Numbered from the whole stretch's first letter, positions 23,379-37,487 are shown. The stretch is 62,543 nucleotides of DNA, filler included, from Sphacelaria rigidula (GCA_964200075.2; 10 parts of 10 records of this genome joined end to end with filler, not necessarily neighbours in it); one strand, 5' to 3'. The notes: generated by a model from the letters alone, not told the origin. Translations and numbers: made by a program.

Positions 23379-24959
23379 CGGTATCATAGTTTTGTGAAAT
23401 AGTTCTGTAGACAGACGAATATTTTCTGCACCAGTGCGGAAGTGCGTACTCGTGCATGAAGCCGAAGAGCAGGCAGACGGTGAATAATCGTTCGAGTACA
23501 GTGTCGTACCATGGTACCCTAGGGTAATACAGTACAGGACACTCCATTATTACAGTGCATGATAATGCCGTGTGGTAGTACATGATGATGGCACAGTCGG
23601 TAATGCGAGAGCAGTGAGCAATCAGTGCGCGAGAAGGGTTCAGTAGTCCAGTACAAAACATCACCCTGCAACTACAGCTACAACAGACCAGGAGAGTACC
23701 GCACCGTTCGGTATAGTGATACATGTGGCAGCACAGGGTATACGGCGTCACTAGTTATTATCAACTCGCCAAACCCCGTGCGAAGCTGCTGCAGCAGCTG
23801 GCGCGGGCAGGCACACACTGTGTTGTCACGAGACTGTCTTCTGCTGCGGTTGCGGAAATATCACACGCCTCGTCCTCTACCATTATACGTCAATGCGTAT
23901 GCGTCACCTCCTCGAAGTCGGGGGCAGTCGCGATCTCGGAATGTTTTTCTCCGATTGTTTCGAAAAATGGGGGGAAATTGTTCTGAGATCTCGACACCCC
24001 AACTTTTTTTCCCTCGATGTTGGAAAAAAATCGGGATCGGTGATTGGCATAATAGATGGATGGTCTATTATAACACCCTGTAAAAAAGTAGTGAAGCAAA
24101 ATAAGGAATTATATATAAAAAAGAACTAGCGAAGCAATGGGCTAAACTAAGGTGATCCTGTCGCCTCAACCCAGCCTTTGTCTTGGTCTGCAGCTCACAG
24201 CGATACGCTCAAATAAATCAGGCTGATTCGGGGAACTTGGAAAGCTGTTGTGTGATGTACATTTTCGTTTCGGCTGGCCCAGCTCGTACGTAACTAGCCG
24301 AAACGGTAGGTACCACCCCCCAATCATGCTTGTAGTAGGATTCAAAAGTGGTTCCATCCGCGGGGAGGGAGAAACGACGATCGTGAATAAGTACTTTATT
24401 GTTCCCGTGTTTGATCGATGCATTCGTGTGTTCAGTCGCATCGCAGTTCGTGTGTAAGAGGTTAAAACAGTAGATATACACACGAGTGCCCGCGTGATCA
24501 TATTCGGGGGGGGGGGAGGGGATGCGCGCATTTAACCCCGGGGTCAGGTGTTCTTTCTTCACCTTTTTACATGTCAAGTGTATGAAAAATATCCGGACAT
24601 AATGCAGAAGTAATGCTATACGCTATACAGGCGAACATCGCGAATACCACCCCCAAGTTCACGGTAGTAGCCACCCCCCGGGGACGGCTATTTTCTCGTC
24701 CGCTGCATCACCAAGCACCCCCTGCCCAAATCCGACTCCACCGATGTTGCATATATTCTATGATGCGTCATCTATTAACATTTGGACTCATTGACCATCT
24801 TTTATGGCAACGAATCTCGATTTCTGAGACTCAAATTCGCGGACTCAAAATCGGGGGGACCGCTTTATGGTATCACAGATTGGTGAAATACAGAGGGCGC
24901 CCGCACTTGAGAACATCTTTTTTTGAGCGAGGCTCAGTTCTTGTTGGCTGCCCCAACCC

Positions 24960-25059
24960 NNNNNNNNNNNNNNNNNNNNNNNNNNNNNNNNNNNNNNNNN
25001 NNNTTAATTAATTAANNNNNNNNNNNNNNNNNNNNNNNNNNNNNNNNNNNNNNNNNNNN
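24960..25059. other. Artificial contig linker
   Basis: N44-TTAATTAATTAA-N44. Confidence 0.97.
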
Positions 25060-25499
25060 GCGTTTCTGGCCATTTTTCGTACCTTTCCTAGGCAAAAAAC
25101 GAGAAGGTATACCTTTTCTAGTCCATTGCCCGAAAAGAAAACCCTATCTGTGCTCAATATTGAGTAACTTACGGGCTGACCGGTCATCGGGGGTCCTGTC
25201 ATGTTTCAGCCCAGGTTCTTACTCTTCGATATTTTCGGTCAATCGAGCCTGTTCCAGTCATGTTTGTGAAGAAATGTACATTTTGTTTTTGAAATTTCTA
25301 CCCACTCATTGCACTAGAGCCGAAAAACTGTATTTCACGGTCGATAACACCGACTAACACTGACCTGGGCACTGTGTACCGAGGATGATCTGTTCACTGT
25401 CACAAAATCTACGGACGCTCGCAATTTCGAGTTCTATCGAAACGTAGTACGCGAGGGAAACCCCCAAACACCCCTGAGCAGTTGGACCGCCCACTACTG
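25060..25499 (+). mobile_element. Partial copy of the Tc1/mariner-type MITE at 53778-54325
   Basis: Aligns to 53930-54325 and ends in the TIR GTTGGACCGCCCACTACTG. Confidence 0.8.
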
Positions 25500-27548
25500 C
25501 AGTACCAAGAGCAACCACGAAGGATCACCTACCACAACAAATGAAATCGTACAGTCCTACCCTTGTACCCTTACGAGGCCGGCGTGCACTATAAATCGGG
25601 TTTATACCAACGATTCCCTCTGCTTGCCCATATCTACACATGCGTGGAGTGCCTAAAAAACCATGGCACATCAGCTACTTGTATACTCCTACATTCCCGT
25701 TATGCTGGGATATGTGACGTTGAGTTTTCACCCGTCAAGTGCACCCTCACTGTACGTACACACTTGAGGGGCAGCCGTATGAACGAGGATACCAGAGAAC
25801 AAGAATACCACATAACACTACACCACATCGGGGGATGGGTGTAATCTGAGGAAGGAATGGACAAGAAAACGAAAGGCGGGGGAATGGTTGGTAAGCTTGC
25901 CTCATCCGCCATATTCTGTGCTATACATGTCCGGCTGCACGCTTTTCCATCTCCACCCTGCTCTCCTCGGCGGCATTGGTATCCTCGGTTTGGAACTTTC
26001 TACGCTCAGTACCCTGTTCAACGATTTGCTCCCCGGCCCCCGCCATCCCTAGCAGTCGTCGCTGGTATGCAGAGTTCCTTGTTATCCCGTTTACGTGCAC
26101 GCAGTCGGCTGGTCTCCTCTTCGTGCTTGTGCCATGGGGTTATCAACTTCTCCGCTCCCTGCAGCAACCACCGTTCGACGGCATAGCCCCCTTCTTCGCT
26201 CCTGTAGTCCAGAGGAGGCTGTAAACCCCGAACGATTGCCCATTGTTGTCCGTAGAGCGCCTGCGGCTGCCAGCGCTTGGAGATGGTTCCGCATGTACTT
26301 CAGCCGGTGCTGCTCCGCACACGCTATTCCTTTACTCGTATCCCCTACCCCCCACACACGAGTGTTCCAAATGCTGGTGGCTTCGGGAGTCGTCCGTCCC
26401 GTTGTGTAGCCAAGACTCCCTCAAACAACAGTGGTTGTTGCCGGACGATGGCTCCAGCACTTTGGCATCCGGTCTCCTTGAGGGCCTGGGTGTGGGAAAG
26501 CTGTCGGTAAGCGCTACGCACGCGGTTTTACCCGATATCTCGCAGAAGGGGTCGGTGGCGTGTCCTTGTCAGCAACCGGTCGCGCTCATGGCGTAGGGCC
26601 CGCGTCATGCGTCCGTGCAATAGATTTTCCATTGTCTCCGCTTTCAGGAAGTCGTGCGGTCAAGAGTTTCGGAAACGTTTGCTCATTAGCGTCACTGTAG
26701 CTTTTGTCGGTGTGTATTCCACGCTAAATCGAAACCATATTCAGATGGAATGTGGCGTCTGAGCCAGGAATGTAATTCAAACGACATTCTTGTGCAGTTT
26801 GTTTACAACGTGCGGGTTATGTTGAAAACATGGAATCCCTCGAAAGGAAAGAGCTTGGTGATCACGAGGCGGTGCATACTGAAATATGATGTTACACCCG
26901 CAGCGGGCGACGAAAAAATCGTAGACCGGGCGGTAGGTGTCGATCAGCTGCTCGGTTAGTGCCGCCGTTGCTTCAATACCGCACGGATTCACGTCAAACG
27001 AAGACTGGTGGTGTGTAGATGGGCAAGGGCTAGCACAGGAGCTAGTATGCCTGTGTTGCGGGGACCTGTGCGTATTTATTTGGGGATGTTTTGCGTTTTC
27101 GTCGAGTGTGGTGTCGTATCTGTGCGGATGCGTCGCCCACTACCAGTGCAAGAGACTTGAGATTGATAACCTGTGCAGAGGGAGACGAAACGCATGTTGT
27201 CGATAGAAACCACTGGCCATTGTGTGCAAGTGTCACGTTTGAAATGGTCTCTGAAGGTGACGTGATGGCTTCCCTATACTATACCAGCGCTCAGCCCTGA
27301 CCGCATGATGCTACACGAACAAGACATGTTGCATGGGCCAGTCGACCAAAGGCAGCTGTGGTGTATAGGGCATGACTGTGGTGCGTATCCAAGTCAGGCA
27401 TAGGTACAAGTCTCCGCAGATGCTCATGATGTTATTGCGGTGCGCACCCCGTGGTGGGCACGTGGTCTAGTATTGTACTATATGGCTTGTCCACCTTTGA
27501 TGCTTCGCAGGTATGCTGAAAGTTCCCCCTTTCGCACGTTACCGGCAG

Positions 27549-27620
27549 GCTCTATTCCTTCTTCCCTGGGAAACCTGACCCGACTGACGGAACTGTGGCT
27601 ATACAACAACCAGCTGAGCG
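27549..27620 (+). CDS. 72-bp phase-1/phase-1 exon encoding one 24-aa leucine-rich repeat
   Basis: cggcag|GC TCT ATT CCT...CTG AGC G|gtgagt; (G)SIPSSLGNLTRLTELWLYNNQLS(G) fits the plant-type LRR consensus. Confidence 0.92.
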
Positions 27621-29316
27621 GTGAGTGACCTTTGTGTTCACCGGGATATGTGATCATGTGCAATAGATGGGTTACTAGGCAGGTATGTAAGTGCAAAGCA
27701 CCACACGAAACGCCACGAGAACACGCTAGACGTACGTGGGAATGAGAATGGCTGTGAGAAGTGATACGGGTGTGTAGTGTGGGTGCAGAGTACGTCATGG
27801 GTGTGTTGAGGTTTCCATGACACTTCTGAGCGCCTTTGTATCGAAGTTCGCGTTGCGTGTCCCGTGAGGCTCCGTATCACCATGCCGTAACGTCGTGCAG
27901 TTTCATATGGTCTAGTGAGTACTTGGGCCGAATACGACCGAGTAATCAGTAAGCCAGCTTTTGGGTAGGTTCAGGTATATTGTCTGCAATCCTGTGATCA
28001 GTTGTGAGTATACTTCCATGTCACGTATTCCCAGCTTTGGCAGAAGTGTGTGGTAAAGAGAAACGACACGAGAAATGTACGATCACCATAACCACGCCGG
28101 AGAGGACCCTGGTACAGAAAGACTCGCTTCGTACCCAATGCTCTTGAGGCAATGTCGAAGTTTTTTGTCAAGTAAGGGGTCCTGGAAACCCCTCCAGGGT
28201 ATCCGACCTTGTCTCCTAGTACTATGGGAGCACGGGCAGCCGTTGTCCACTTCTAGTAGTTCTCATACGTTTGGCGGGTGATATCCACGTATCACGTAAA
28301 TTCCAAACATTTCTTTTTCATTTGCGAGCTGGCAGTGGGAGGTCACGCAGACGAGAGAAGTCAGGCACGATACAAGTATAGTGAGAGATGAGGGAGAGAG
28401 CACAACATCATGTTACTGAGCTTCTCTGTGTTGGTTGTTCTGGCTCCGACTGAAAGTGTGGGCTGCGTTATCATAGACGGGATGGTCATGCGGCACTGAC
28501 CAGCCGCACGTTTTTTGCCATTATACCAGGGTGCGCATATGTTTCCATGGTACACTCGGGTGCACATATGATTTTCCTGGTAGACGTCGTAGAAGAGAAA
28601 ACTGAAACTTGTGTACTCCTCATCGGTTATTCCTGACTCACGCTTGTTCGGGAGCATGAGACCAATCACTACTGGTGGGTCTAGGCCTTTGCTCTTCATG
28701 CGTCTTATCCAAACCAAAAATGCACCTTGTTGAAAAGGGGGTCATGTTGAAGCAGAAACCCCGCCGAGGCGTGACAATATTGATTTTGGTATTCAAGACC
28801 GCAAAACGACCCTGTGACGGTCCAAACCTCTCTCTGCACATCCTCTACAAGGTGCCGCCTCCATTTTGTCCAGAGACGATTAACCCATAGACCGCGAGGA
28901 TAGTTGATCTCGATCACACACACACGTTTTTCAAGTGAAGTTGATGCCCATTCAACAAAGGTTGACAATTTGCTACACCCTCGGAACAGCAGGTTTCACA
29001 ATGTCTCCTACGTTTGTTTAATCCCCAATCCAGCAATCCCCGCGGACGACTTTCTCGTGAATCTGTCAGCTCTGCTTCGGGGTCGCGCAACGGTTGTTTG
29101 GTCCTCCATCGTAATGACTTTGGAGTCCTCGAATAATGTCTCCGTTGGGTTTTGGTGGGAGTCGGGATTCAAACTTGTGACCTTGTGATCATCACGAAGC
29201 GTACGAGTTATCCTATCGTGTCGCCAATGTCGAAAGGTGATCCTTCGACGGACACTTGCGGGAATTTTTCCCTTTCACGTGGTGGTACCCGTACATGACT
29301 TTGTTTTCTAATAACC

Positions 29317-29530
29317 GTCGCCCCGGTGGTTCCCTCGGTAACAACGGAAGCTTCTGATGGTTGGGACGTGGGTTCGAATCTTGGTAAAGTCACATAATCT
29401 GGTATTATATCCTCACATCATGCTCAATAGTGGAGAGCTACGTCTCACGTCCACAAAGTTCGACGTAACGGTCTACGAGGGAAACGAACGGCTGAACCCT
29501 CATCGCTATGAAACATAAGGCAAGCACCGT
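29317..29530 (+). mobile_element. tRNA-derived SINE-like element
   Basis: Head GTCGCCCCGGTGG with degenerate A box; B box GGTTCGAATC at 29371-29380; no acceptor stem; non-tRNA body follows. Confidence 0.65.
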
Positions 29531-30973
29531 AGAAGAACGATGGAGAACTAGATTGAAAAAAACTGAAGAGCATGTGGAAGAGTCTCCTCGAAAATGAGGT
29601 GGAATACTGAAATGAGGGTCAACCCCAAAACAGCTCTCTCCCAGATCCTAAGTCATGGAATATGAATTTCATATGGATGACCGCTTGTCTTCCGATCTCC
29701 CTGAATTAATTTTGGGGGTTCTCTGTCTTCCGTCCCCCCAAAGGGTATGTGCGAAAGCACCGTAAGTCACTTCTTCATGGGGTTCATACGCGCTATCGAT
29801 TGCTACAACTAGCGTAAAACTCTTGAAGCTGTAGCATTGTCAGTGCACCAAAGACTGGAGAAGGTATTCAGGAACTGCTTGACATCTATTTTTAGGAGTA
29901 AAACGCCCAAGGATGATATGCTTGTCACAGAAAATCGGAAACGTACGAACAAGTGGTGAATTCTCACCGAAGAGGGTTTCGGGAACACTGTTTTCCAACG
30001 TCAGCGTACCTTTCGTCAGCGTATTCCTCACGAAGTTGGCGGTTCAGAGAACTCTGATTTTGTTATCGCTGTTAACATGAAAATAAGTTGATATTAAATC
30101 GATTGATTGTCGCACATTCGCTGATTGCCGACGGACCCAGCCGTGGCCATTCTGCACTAGATGGATGTACCCGGCGTAAACACGACGGAAATGCTTGCTG
30201 AAGGAGAAGGAGATAGAAAAGAAACAAAACGTGAAACACAAAAACGAAATAAACACAGTAAGGAGAGAAGTAACAAGCGACGTGAGGTAAGGGAAGGGGA
30301 ACAATTAGAAGAGGATAAAAATACAACCCCGGCGTGAAGAAAAAAAAAACAGAGCAAAAGGAGGGTACAGGGGGCGCGAGGGCGCAACTGATGAATTCAT
30401 CACCCATCCGTCTTCATATACACTCCACGATTTCCCCACGAAGTGGATGTCACGAACGAATAGGACGTGATTTTCGCCGTTCGAAAGCTGACCGTGCAGA
30501 GCCGCCGCCGAACGCTAGCGGCGCCTTGGAGAGCTTACCGTCATACATGATTTCACAAGCTACACACTCAATACAATCCTTTATCGTGTGTCGTTCATGA
30601 AAGCAATGGCGATGATATCACGTGATGGGGTTTGCGCACCCCGAATTGTAATGGCACGAGGCACACGGTGCAAGCGCAGCCCGGCCGCCGTGAGACTTCT
30701 TAGACAAGCGCAATCCAACCGCGGCATCGCCTTCGCGACAGCATTCTCCTGCAGGCACGAATTGATCTTCATTGCATGCCAGTTTCGGGGCCTTCTACCT
30801 AATTTGACGTCAGCTCGAGGTCCAGGATTGGCGCGCTGGGGGGGCTGAGATCATACAATTTGAATAAAGACTGCGCAGGAACAGGAGCTTGGGCGGAGTT
30901 GAGTGAAACGCAAAACCATTCGTTTGCTGAACCCCACCTTCACCACCTTTGCACGGTTCGTCTTGAGCCGCAG

Positions 30974-31045
30974 GTGTTATCCCGAAGGAGCTGATTTTCC
31001 TGGCCCGGCTGGATTGGTTGTACCTAAGCGGAAATGACTTCGACG
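30974..31045 (+). CDS. 72-bp phase-1/phase-1 LRR exon
   Basis: ccgcag|GT GTT ATC CCG...TTC GAC G|gtgagt; (G)VIPKELIFLARLDWLYLSGNDFD(G). Confidence 0.88.
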
Positions 31046-31223
31046 GTGAGTGAGTCTGTCTGAACAAGTTCGACCCTAGCCGCATACATCGTTGTCTTCC
31101 ACATGGATTACAGTGGACTACAGCCTGTGTCCATCGTCCACGCTCAGTTCATACTTCCTCTGTCCCATAAGTAAAGTCCGTTATGTTTATACGAGCCCTT
31201 AACGGTGTCCGATTTGATTCTCG

Positions 31224-31323
31224 NNNNNNNNNNNNNNNNNNNNNNNNNNNNNNNNNNNNNNNNNNNNTTAATTAATTAANNNNNNNNNNNNNNNNNNNNN
31301 NNNNNNNNNNNNNNNNNNNNNNN
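31224..31323. other. Artificial contig linker
   Basis: N44-TTAATTAATTAA-N44. Confidence 0.97.
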
Positions 31324-31589
31324 GCATGGTCATTTTTTTTCGTTTTTCGCTTTCTTTGTCCGCAAGGTACCTTGCCTAAAAAAAAAAAGGTCCATTACTG
31401 TATTCGTGCTCGTTGTAGAGGAAAATTTCTCTTCAGACCAAAATAGGCAACTATTTAGTTGTACAGGGCGTGCAACATTCAACGTCCTCAGATCATGTTC
31501 ACTTTGACAGTAATGTGAATCATTAGGCCTCTGTACCAGCGGCTGCAGCCCATGATGACGAACGTTCAACCTCAGATGTTCCCTTTGAT

Positions 31590-34500
31590 TTGGATATGAA
31601 TGGTGATGCCACTGTCCACCATGGTGATCATACCACTCATGTTCATGATGTACGTGCATTGCTATCGGGATCATCATCGACCACGGGATCCTCACGACCT
31701 AGATCTGTTGATCGGACCCATGTGAGTTCACGATTGCTCATAGATGCCTCGTTGCTTGACATTCCCGCATCTTTGCGAAACGGGCGCAGCACGAACCGTG
31801 CCCTTCCGCCCTACCCTGATGCTGCCACTGTACGTGCGGTGGAACGACCAATTGCAGATCTCCGTCGATACCTGCGATCTGCTCCAACCATGGCTCACAC
31901 CCAGGCACCTTCCACCACCTCTCCTATCGCGGCCACTCCAGCTCCTGCGGCTGCAGACATCGACACAGATGCGGAAAGCACCCGTGTCACGCCCCCCGCC
32001 CTCAGCGCGGCGGCCACTGCCGCTCCCGCGGCGGCGGCCGCGGATGACACCCCCATCACGGCCACTGATGAAAAATCTGCCACTTCGCCGCAGGCTTCTA
32101 CTGCCACGGGCTCGGCTCCGGCGCCTGCCCCCGGATCTATCACGGACGACCGCCCCCTGTTGGGCGTCGACCATTGCCCACCGGGCCTCCTGGCCTGGCT
32201 CTGGTTGCGAGGTCCCCGCTCCGATCAGGAGCAAATCCTCGAGGATTACCGCGCCATGCAACCGGCCACGCACCCTGCGCCACCTTCGCCCCGCCAAACG
32301 GCGGACGACGCTGCCCACCGTCTCCTTCATGACGACCTCACGGCACGTCTCACGCGCCGACGTCGAACCGTCGACTCGGCGACCAGCCGCCAGCAGGCAG
32401 CCCAGGAGACTCTGAATGAGCGTCTCGCGGCCTTTGACAAGATGCGCGACACCACCCGGCGCGATGAACACCGCCTGCGCCAATACACCGCGGCCACGGC
32501 CACCGCCACCTCCACTCTCCGATCTTTGGAACAAGAGCGACACCTTCCTCTTCTGAGGACAACGACGACCGCGTCAGCGCCTGCGCCTACCTCTGAACAT
32601 CCAGGCTCTGCGGAGAACCGTCGGCCATCGCGCCCATACGCTGCTGCTGCCGCTTCTACGGCCTCGCCTACGCGTATCCCGCCTGCACCACCGCAGGTCC
32701 CTCAGGCCTCGGCGTCCCCTACCCCCACACCTTGACTCCACCTTCAGGGCAGCGAACGTAGTTGGCTTTCTTGGGCGCTACGCCAACTTTCAAGGAAGTA
32801 TAACCGCAACGATTTTCTCCGCGCCTCTGAGCAGGCTTGGCGCTCACTAACTCTGCCCATAGATAGTGTGATCGTCCCCTTTCTTCAGCAAGGGGGACAG
32901 CTGCCGCACAGCGACCCAGGAGCTTTCACCATTGAACGAATCGTCCTCTACCTTACAATTGGTACCGGGGACAGTCGCCCCGCTTATGAGACCGCCGTCG
33001 CCGCCCTCTTCGCTGCTATGCGGGCAGCCCACAACTCGCTGCCGCCCGACGATGATGGGGCCTGGATCACACCCCCACCCCCTCGCCACCGTCGTCATGA
33101 TAACGACTCTGACGACGACCCTTCCGGGACCGCACCACACCGTGGTCAAGGGGCCCTCCGCAACAACAACGGTCGACGCACAACCCGGGGCAGCCACAAA
33201 CGGTCAGGTGATCAGTCTTCTAGTTCATCGACTGCCAGGCACCGCCACCACGCCTCAACGCGATCCGTGTGGCCCTCACCGGCCGTCAGGCAAGTAACGT
33301 TTAATTTAGCAGCTGCGTCTGCTCGCCTTTTGGGTCTCACGGATAGTGATAGTGACAATTCGGCTCGCCCATTGCCTTCAAACTCGGCTCGGTCACTAGC
33401 TGCCGCCGCCGCAGCCAAACAACAAGCTGCCGCTGATAAAGTCGCTTCCGATACTCGTTGAGAAGCGTCTCGTGTCGCTGCAATCATGCGTGAGTACTTA
33501 CAGATGGATGTAAAGGAACTCTGGCATATCAAAACCATGCTTGCTGCAGACAATGAGGACTCTGGTCAGTTTTCTTCCGCTCTCATTTCCTCAATGCGTC
33601 GAACGATGCGGAATATCCTTGAGTTGGCCGATGCAACTGGTCAACAACGTTTTGAAGACTCTGACTGGATTGACGGATGGCAAACACCGCTGCATGAGGC
33701 TTTGCACCGCTCAATCAACCGTCGCTCCCCTGACGCCATTGCTTCTTTGACGCAGATTCTCGACTCCTTCTTCGCCGCAATGGATCAAGATTGTGCCGGC
33801 GGGCAAACAGCGCCGCTACTATTCGGCAAATTGGAAAGGCGCATCATAAGTTATTTTGATAAGTCTGATCAGGCAGGCGCCATCAAGCGCCTCAGTTCCT
33901 TCGCCGTGGCAACAGACGTGCCCTTTGCTGACTACCTCCGCGAATTCAAGCTTTTGGTGTCTAGTGTAACTGGTACTGGCCGACAGAATGGCCCTAGTGA
34001 TGCTATGTGTCAGACGTATGTTCGCAATAGCATCGCTCAGCAGTTTCCGATGCTGATGCCGTCTCTATTTCCGGGCGCTTTGGCGCACAAAGAGGTGCCT
34101 TACGCCTCCGTAGACGCGATGTGGAATGCGTTTGTAGATCAAGAACATAATTTGACGCCTGCTATTCGTGGCACACAGTGTTCATCTGGGTCTCCGCAAA
34201 CCTTGCGTGCCGCATCCATTAGTACCTCCGGGTCTCGTGGACGCACTCAGACTTTGTCCAGTAATCCTTGGACACCCAACTCTGTCGGTGGATCGGTCAT
34301 GTCTGTTCGTAGCAAAAAAGACCCGTTCCGTGCAAGCTTCGACGCTTGGCCTTTTTCGTCAGACACTTTTGATGACGTTTATGTCGTTCCCACAACTGCT
34401 TTCATCACCGATGACCCACATTTGTGGACCCCCTTGCTTTCGCCTTCGGCTCGCAAGGATACTTTTCGTCGCCATGCTAACATATGCATCAACTGCAATG

Positions 34501-34856
34501 GTACTGGCCACAGTATGCGTGACTGCCCTGAACCTTGCATCAATACTCTTTTGCTCATGAACCCTGAACTTCAGAGCAACAGGCAGGCGTGGCGCCGATG
34601 GCAAAAATGCATGCGCGAGTATCGTCCACCTTCTCGCCACCATCGCCAGCCTTACCACAATCATAGCGACTCTCGCTCAAATCGCGACCACTGCCACACC
34701 ACCAACACCGTTTCCGGTAGTCGTCATAGAGATAGTTCTTTCCGCCCTTCTCAGTCTTGGCACGGCCATCACCAGCGAACGGGGCCGACGCACGACAACT
34801 CCAACCCCAATGCCAGAAACCCTGGTTCTTTCATGACGGATCGGAACGATCCATGA
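31590..34856 (+). pseudogene. Long gag-like ORF (~1090 codons) with in-frame stops
   Basis: ORFs 31590, 32868 and 33486 share one frame; CCHC knuckle CINCNGTGHSMRDC at ~34485-34526. Confidence 0.75.
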
Positions 34857-37410
34857 CACGCCGACGACGGCGTGAAGTCTTCGGCGCCGCCGATAGCAAC
34901 ATCGAAGACCATCCAACACACACTCGGGTGACAAAACGTTCTCACCCAACACTATGTAGGAGATCTCCTGACGGCCGTTCTTCTCGACCCCGGTCTTTAT
35001 CTTCATACACACAGCGTAACCGTTGTGCTGACTCACAACCCAGCTCTATGCTTGGCTCCAGACTTGGTCCCCCGGAACTAAGTATAAATCTGAGGTGTGG
35101 GGAGACCGACCGCGGACCCTTGAGGCACAGGCTTCCCTCAACGCCCGCACGCACCGGTTGTAGTAGACTTCCTTCACCTGGTTCTGGTGTTGATGGTTCG
35201 AAACTGACCACTTCAAACCCTTCGACTCCTACCCAGCCTGATCGTAGTCGTTTTTCGCACCATTCTTCTGCTGCGAAACTACCCCCAAGTACTGCCGACA
35301 ACACTCGTCCCCTTTCACATTTAGCAGTGCCCTTTGTACCGAGCTTGCCAGCGGACAGTCCACAACTTTCGGCCGAGCATGCCCCGATGCTGGCAACATC
35401 ACCTCAACTGGACGCAGTTGCAGTTTCCCAAGAAGTCTCGGAAGTTCCCAGCCATTTGTCACGGCACGAGAGGAAGCCTCGTCGTCATGCCCGCAAGGAA
35501 GCGCGAGCATTGACACGCCCCCCTCCCGTCAGCGGAAAATTCCGACCTCATTCTTCCCAAAAAGCGGCGGCTTTGAGCTCGATGACATTGCCAGGCATCC
35601 AAGAGGAATCAAAATCGGACCTTTCAGACGGTACCGCATCCTCCACCGATGACCCCCGTAGCGCATCGCAGCAATCTCTATTCAATGATGACCCTTGTAC
35701 TTCCAAGCCAGTCATCTACGAGATTCATCAAAATCCTTATTCACGCTGCCCTTCACGGTCGGATCAGACCCCCGCGCTGTCTACCGATACCTTCGAACCC
35801 CCCGCAGATCACCCGCCATCCGTTTTCACGGTCAGTCCAACTAATCCTGACCTATTTACCTTATCTGAACATGGCCCTGACCTTGTTGGTGGTCAGGTGT
35901 CCGTTGATCCTGCCACCTTCACTACTGGCGTAGCATTACACTGCGACCCTTACGCCACCGCGCGCGCCAAGTGCGTCTCGTTGTTAGACAGCGGTAGTCC
36001 ACAGAAATTCATCAACGAATCCATATGGAATCATATGAAGTAGACTAGGGCTGCTTCCGATGTCTGCGAAATCATCACCCAACCTCGCGTTTGGGGCGGT
36101 TTCGGTGACTCCAAAACACCCTTGACGACACGAAACTCTGTTCATCTTAGTGTGCAATTTTTCCACAATGATACACGTTCGGCTAGTCTCGCACTTTGCG
36201 CTCACATCGTCCCTGATAGCACCATGCATCATGCTCTCCTTCTTGGCAGAGATAGCTACATGCGGTTCGACCAACGTACGTACCGCACCCTCCCACCATT
36301 ATGGCCTCAGTCGGCGTCTCGTGGAGAACTCCGATTAGAACACTTTGGTACCCTCAGTGGTGCCTTAGCCTACAAAAAGAATGAGCAGGTTACCGGAGCG
36401 GCTTACCATCTTCGGTACAATGGCAGTTCTGGCGTCACCCTTTCCGACGAGCCTCAACTCTTGGAAGTTTTGCTTGTTCGCTGCAACGGTATGCCTGCCC
36501 TCACCGACGACTACTTTGCGGAATTTCTGCGTAAAGTTGGCGCGCCCGCTGGCACTGAGCATTTTGTCTCGGACGGCGAACAACTCCTACCTTTCACAGG
36601 CCGTGCTAATTTGGAACCTAGCGATGACTTGGACATCGCCGCGGCTCCTCTTATGCACATTCCTCTGGAGACCTGTGTAGCCGACCCTCCGGGGCCTGAT
36701 CTCACGCCACCGACTGATGGTTTTGTTCACTGCGTTGATGAGCGACACTTCAATATATCCGCCTCACCCCCGACTCGGATTTCTACGGTGGAATCCGACC
36801 GACCCCCTGCTGAACCTCCTGATGAAGGGCTTCAACGCTTATCAGTCGAGTCTCGGGAACATTTCCTGCAATTGTGGCACCAACTTCCACATCATTTTCG
36901 TGATGTTCATTTTGACCTACATGGTCCGGGCTGGGAGCCCACCGTCATCCAAGAGCTACAAGATGTTCTCCTGGAATATCAGGACAGATTTTCCCGATCC
37001 AAGACGGATCTCGGGCATTGTAAAACATTGCCATTCGAGATAAAACTGCAACCTGGCGTTTCGCCAATCTCATCTCGACCACATCGAACGAATCCCCTCC
37101 TCACCAAAAAAGGCAATGCTAGTTTGGATGCATACTTAAGAGCTGGTCTGATTCAACACTCGTCTTCGCCATGGGCCTCACCCCTCGTGGTTGTCCCCAA
37201 AAAAGATGGCAACATACGTATCACCGTGAATTACAAACGGCTGAATCGCGTCACTGTCGTGGGGAAACTCCCCATACCTCGCATCGACGATGTCTTCGAC
37301 TCCGTCGGCGAAGGCAAAATATTCAGCACTTTCAATCTGGCATCTGGATTTTTCCAAAATGCAATTCACCCTGATACAGTTCCCTTGACAGCGTTCTGTA
37401 CATCTTCAGG
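34757..37410 (+). pseudogene. Gypsy pol (protease and N-terminal RT)
   Basis: SLLDSGS and LLLGRD protease motifs with a stop at 36041; RT SPWASPLVVVPKKDGNIRITVNYKRLN...PIPRIDD...GFFQ...TAFCT; similarity ends at ~37410, before the YxDD motif. Confidence 0.92.
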
Positions 37411-37487
37411 TTTCTTTTTAACCCTTTTGGAACCGTTGATGGACTGAGGATTTACAACTGAGGTTTTTCCCACAATAAATGGTTGTT

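Larger units (their letters stand above)
31590..37410 (+). mobile_element. Ty3/Gypsy LTR retrotransposon relic, truncated within RT
   Basis: gag-like frame followed by an overlapping pol frame with protease then RT; no LTR recognised. Confidence 0.9.
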
